Assembly (NCBI GenBank): GCA_002733355.1
Contig: NVVN01000019.1
Span: 7,088 to 18,053, forward strand
Direction: 5' to 3'
Source: Sulfurovum sp.
GTDB taxonomy: Bacteria > Campylobacterota > Campylobacteria > Campylobacterales > Sulfurovaceae
Length of the DNA: 10,966 nt
Part shown: positions 7,954 through 10,966 of the stretch, piece by piece
How positions within the stretch are numbered: the stretch's first letter is position 1
Layout of the letters: each line of letters begins with the position of its first letter
The notes under the pieces: generated by a model
Databases searched by the model: none
What the model was told of the DNA's origin: nothing
Seen by the model: the letters and a program-made list of their open reading frames with translations, nothing else
Translations under genes and position numbers: made by a program

Positions 7954-8489
7954 GAATGTTCTCCCCATCTCTCATATAAAGTATTCTCAATGCCCAAAAC
8001 ATCGTACCACTTCCCGATGATAAACTTCTCCATATCTTCTAAACTAGAAGACTCAGAATAGTAGCCCATTACTGGTGGTGCTATGATTACGCCAAGTGTA
8101 GCAAGTTTTTGCATATTTTCTAGTGCTATGGCCGAAAATGGTAATTCACGAGGGGCTAAAAGTAACTTTTTTTGTTCTTTTATAGCCACCGCTGCTACAC
8201 GGGTAGGGAGGTTGTCAGATATACCACAAGCTACCTTGGCAAGAGTGTTCATGCTACAAGGTATGATAGCAGTCGCATCCACACGAAATGAACCACTTGA
8301 GATACTTGCTGCGATGTTACTGCTAGAATGTAGGGTTACACTTTTGTTCTCGAAACTCTCAACTGTTAATGCGTTGTCAGAGACTACAACGTGTACTTCT
8401 ATCTCAGAAGGTAAGTAGTCCACAAACTTCTTGCCCAACTGAACACCGCTTGCACCCGTAATGGCTACTACTAATCTACGAATCAGCAT
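7950..8489 (-). CDS. ubiX: UbiX-family flavin prenyltransferase
   Basis: VAITGASG, ISSGS, PCSMNTLAKVACGISDNL, PRELP and ENM motifs. Confidence 0.94.
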   Translation of the reverse strand: MLIRRLVVAITGASGVQLGKKFVDYLPSEIEVHVVVSDNALTVESFENKSVTLHSSSNIAASISSGSFRVDATAIIPCSMNTLAKVACGISDNLPTRVAAVAIKEQKKLLLAPRELPFSAIALENMQKLATLGVIIAPPVMGYYSESSSLEDMEKFIIGKWYDVLGIENTLYERWGEHS

Positions 8490-8527
8490 TTAGTGCTTCT
8501 CTTGTACCGTGTTGTAACACTTGTCAT
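8483..8527 (-). CDS. Putative 14-aa leader ORF (MTSVTTRYKRSTKC) overlapping the ubiX start
   Basis: TAAGG RBS shortly before ATG 8527, downstream of an extended -10. TGA at 8485-8483 lies just inside ubiX. No protein-level evidence. Confidence 0.35.
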   Translation of the reverse strand: MTSVTTRYKRSTKC

Positions 8528-8554
8528 GTATGACCTTATTTTATTTGTTAAAAG

Positions 8555-8563
8555 ATTATATCA
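8555..8563 (-). promoter_or_regulatory. Putative extended -10 (TGATATAAT) for the ubiX-coaD-tmk(-hisS) operon
   Basis: TG-A-TATAAT on the minus strand, inside a 13-mer identical to that at the speA promoter. Confidence 0.65.
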
Positions 8564-8653
8564 AAAACTAATTAGAAAGCTGAAGAATGACCTTATAAGT
8601 TTGATTATGTTAAAAACTTAGACTAGAATGAATGTACATAAAGGGATATAACT

Positions 8654-9136
8654 ATGACAAAAAAAGAACTTTCAATCAATACTAAGTGGGATGAGTTTGA
8701 GATGGGGACTTGTCGATTATTTGTACCCGTACTGAACCAATACATCCCTACAGTATTTTTTCAAGACCATAAGCCTAAACCAACCATTTCTAATAAAATG
8801 CTTCAAGGTATCAACGATATTTTAGATATGGATGAAAATGAGTTTACTAAACTACGTGAGATACTAAATGTTGAGGATTATAAAATAAAAGAGATTCACA
8901 TAGACCAAGGTAATGATGTTTTTGAAGGAGTGTATTCGGAAGTCATGGTCGCTGCTGGTTTAAATGAGCAAGTGAGTATCATCGTTAAAGATGGTAAGTT
9001 CTTACGCACTAACGATGGTACATACTTCGATACACTTATAGTACCTGAAAAAGTGAATGAGGGTTCTAGCCCTACAAAAGAAAAAATGGATAAGGAAGCT
9101 AGAGAGAAGATACTGGCTATGATGCGTTCTTCTTAA
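8654..9136 (+). CDS. Hypothetical acidic protein (160 aa)
   Basis: Fills the ubiX-tRNA gap, AAGGG RBS at 8641-8645, TAGAAT -10-like at 8624-8629. No signal peptide or motif that I recognise. Confidence 0.85.
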   Translation: MTKKELSINTKWDEFEMGTCRLFVPVLNQYIPTVFFQDHKPKPTISNKMLQGINDILDMDENEFTKLREILNVEDYKIKEIHIDQGNDVFEGVYSEVMVAAGLNEQVSIIVKDGKFLRTNDGTYFDTLIVPEKVNEGSSPTKEKMDKEAREKILAMMRSS

Positions 9137-9152
9137 CAATATTTATGATTAG

Positions 9153-9237
9153 TGGTACCGCAGGTCGGATTCGAACCGACACGCCCTAAAGCAGAAGATT
9201 TTGAGTCTACCAAGTCTACCAGTTCCATCACTGCGGC
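9153..9237 (-). tRNA. tRNA-Leu(CAA), 85 nt, encoded CCA
   Basis: GCCGCAG/CTGCGGT acceptor stem, A73 discriminator plus CCA, D-loop TGGTA, anticodon loop CTCAAAA, long variable arm GCT-TTAG-GGC, T-arm GTCGG-TTCGAAT-CCGAC. Confidence 0.95.
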
Positions 9238-9335
9238 ATATGTACAAGTTTCATAAGAAAATGTAGATGGGATTTTACAAAGTATGTGCTTAAACATCGT
9301 TTAGAATAAGACTAAAAGACTATTTTATATTAATT

Positions 9336-9344
9336 TGTTATAAT
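9336..9344 (+). promoter_or_regulatory. Putative extended -10 (TGTTATAAT) for ftsK
   Basis: TG-T-TATAAT about 30 nt upstream of the TTG start, with AAGG RBS at 9364-9367. Confidence 0.6.
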
Positions 9345-9375
9345 GTCTTCATTAATTAATATCAAGGTAGAGTTT

Positions 9376-10966
9376 TTGAAAATCACTATTATCATTACAG
9401 CTATAGTATTTATTTATGTTGCATTTTCTACGTTTTACCATGACACTACGCTCATTGGGAATATTGGTAAGATTATTGGAGAGACCAATATCTCACTTTT
9501 TGGACACTTGGCATATGTCAATGTGTTTATTATCTTTTATCCACTATATAAACTTTATACTGATGTCAGAGCGCGAAAAAACATAGACTTTTATTTGGGA
9601 TGGATACTTCTGTTTATTTCACTCATACTCTTCTCCTCCCTAGTACTAGAAGCACAGGAAATAGGGTTTATAGGTACACAAATCATTGAATTTTTAGAAC
9701 CTTACATCGGTAAAGCAGGATTGTGGCTCTTTTGGCTGATGGTGAGTGCTTTAGCGGCGGTATTCATAGTAGATGATGATTTTCAATTTTCTGGATTAAA
9801 TATCAAAATGCCTTCATTTTCTTTTGGATGGATTCCTACTCTATTTTCAGGCTTGAAAGTCATCGTTAAAAAGATATTTACAAATCCTTTTTCTTCTCCT
9901 GCACTTGAAGATGAGATGATGCCTGTTTTGGAAGTAGTCGAAGAAAAGCCTAAACGAACACGTACAGTTCGTAAACCAACAGTCAAAAAAATAGCACCTA
10001 AAAAGATTTTGTCTGCTTCTGAAGTGGCAGTTGCTGCAGAACTAAATGCTCGTAACTATGCGAGTAGTAATGAAGAAGACTCTGTAATCAACGAGATACT
10101 AGAGTTAGAAAAAGAGATAAAAACGGTACAGACAAACAACCCACATGTTGAAATAGTAGAAGAGTTGGAAGAAAACTCTAAACTGATGGACGAGATAGAA
10201 AAAGGAAAAGTAGCAAAACCGAAAAACTTTAAACTTCCAAAACTTGACTTTTTACAAAAAGCACCAAAAATCACTAAAAAAATAAATGAAGCAGAGATAG
10301 ACAGAAAAATAGAAGATTTACTTTCAAAACTGCAACAGTTTAGAGTAGATGGAGATGTGGTTCGTACCTACTCTGGACCATTGGTTACAACATTTGAATT
10401 TAAACCAGCAGCAAATGTAAAAGTCTCTAAAATTTTAAATCTACAAGATGATTTAGCTATGGCACTAAGTGCAGAGACCATACGTATACAAGCTCCCATA
10501 CCCGGGCGTGATGTTGTGGGTATAGAGATACCAAATGAGACTATAGATACGATTTACCTACGTGAAATACTTGAAAGTGATGTCTTTAAAGAGTCTTCAT
10601 CCCCTTTGACTGTTGCACTTGGTAAGGATATTGTGGGCAAACCATTTGTCACTGATCTTAAAAAGTTGCCACATTTACTTATAGCTGGGACTACAGGTTC
10701 TGGGAAATCAGTGGGTATCAATGCGATGATACTTTCACTGCTTTACCGTAATGATCCTGATCAGCTAAAGTTGATGCTTATAGACCCTAAGATGTTAGAG
10801 TTTTCTATGTATAATGATATCCCACATCTTATCACGCCAGTCATCACAGAACCAGTTAAAGCTATTGCTGCACTGGCAAACATGGTGGGTGAGATGGAAC
10901 GTCGCTACAAACTTATGGCTGAATCACGTACAAAAAACATAGAAAACTATAATGAAAAAGTAAAAA
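9376..10966 (+). CDS. ftsK: DNA translocase FtsK (3' end runs off the window)
   Basis: TTG start after AAGG, N-terminal hydrophobic TM segments, a linker, then GPLVTTFEF, RIQAPIPG..VGIEIPN, LPHLLIAGTTGSGKSVGINAMILSLL, IDPKMLE and EMERRY. Confidence 0.96.
   Translation, partial: MKITIIITAIVFIYVAFSTFYHDTTLIGNIGKIIGETNISLFGHLAYVNVFIIFYPLYKLYTDVRARKNIDFYLGWILLFISLILFSSLVLEAQEIGFIGTQIIEFLEPYIGKAGLWLFWLMVSALAAVFIVDDDFQFSGLNIKMPSFSFGWIPTLFSGLKVIVKKIFTNPFSSPALEDEMMPVLEVVEEKPKRTRTVRKPTVKKIAPKKILSASEVAVAAELNARNYASSNEEDSVINEILELEKEIKTVQTNNPHVEIVEELEENSKLMDEIEKGKVAKPKNFKLPKLDFLQKAPKITKKINEAEIDRKIEDLLSKLQQFRVDGDVVRTYSGPLVTTFEFKPAANVKVSKILNLQDDLAMALSAETIRIQAPIPGRDVVGIEIPNETIDTIYLREILESDVFKESSSPLTVALGKDIVGKPFVTDLKKLPHLLIAGTTGSGKSVGINAMILSLLYRNDPDQLKLMLIDPKMLEFSMYNDIPHLITPVITEPVKAIAALANMVGEMERRYKLMAESRTKNIENYNEKVK

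Noticed and set aside
7954..7968. Longer coaD start (MGRTF...) given in the ORF track
   Set aside because: ATG 7953 has a GGAG RBS and ATGA coupling with ubiX, and gives the usual CoaD N-terminus.
6375..8418. Plus-strand short ORFs inside hisS, tmk, coaD and ubiX
   Set aside because: Antisense shadows of conserved housekeeping genes.
8490..9237. Integrative element or prophage at tRNA-Leu
   Set aside because: No integrase, and I found no duplicated tRNA 3' end (att site) in the window.
9783..10274. Minus-strand ORFs 9783-9986 and 10056-10274
   Set aside because: Antisense to ftsK.

Overview
AT-rich bacterial chromosomal window, most consistent with Campylobacterota (Sulfurovum/Sulfurimonas-like; inferred from gene order, AAGG Shine-Dalgarno sites and TGnTATAAT promoters). 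The minus strand carries a housekeeping run ubiX-coaD-tmk-hisS and, separately, speA (truncated at the left edge). Between hisS and speA lies a ~4.1 kb plus-strand block: a four-gene MCE/Mla-type ABC lipid transport operon (STAS-MlaE permease, MlaF ATPase, MCE protein, PqiC-like lipoprotein) and a small outer-membrane beta-barrel gene. To the right are a 160-aa hypothetical gene, tRNA-Leu(CAA) on the minus strand and ftsK (truncated at the right edge). speA and ftsK are absent from the ORF track because they run off the window. No transposase, integrase or CRISPR array is visible, and I cannot support a wholly new system. The best second-look signals are a GTAG-type REP-like hairpin just before the hisS RBS, a 14-codon leader ORF overlapping the ubiX start, a probably leaderless mlaE transcript, and two U-U mismatches coinciding with a tandem 9-mer in the tRNA.
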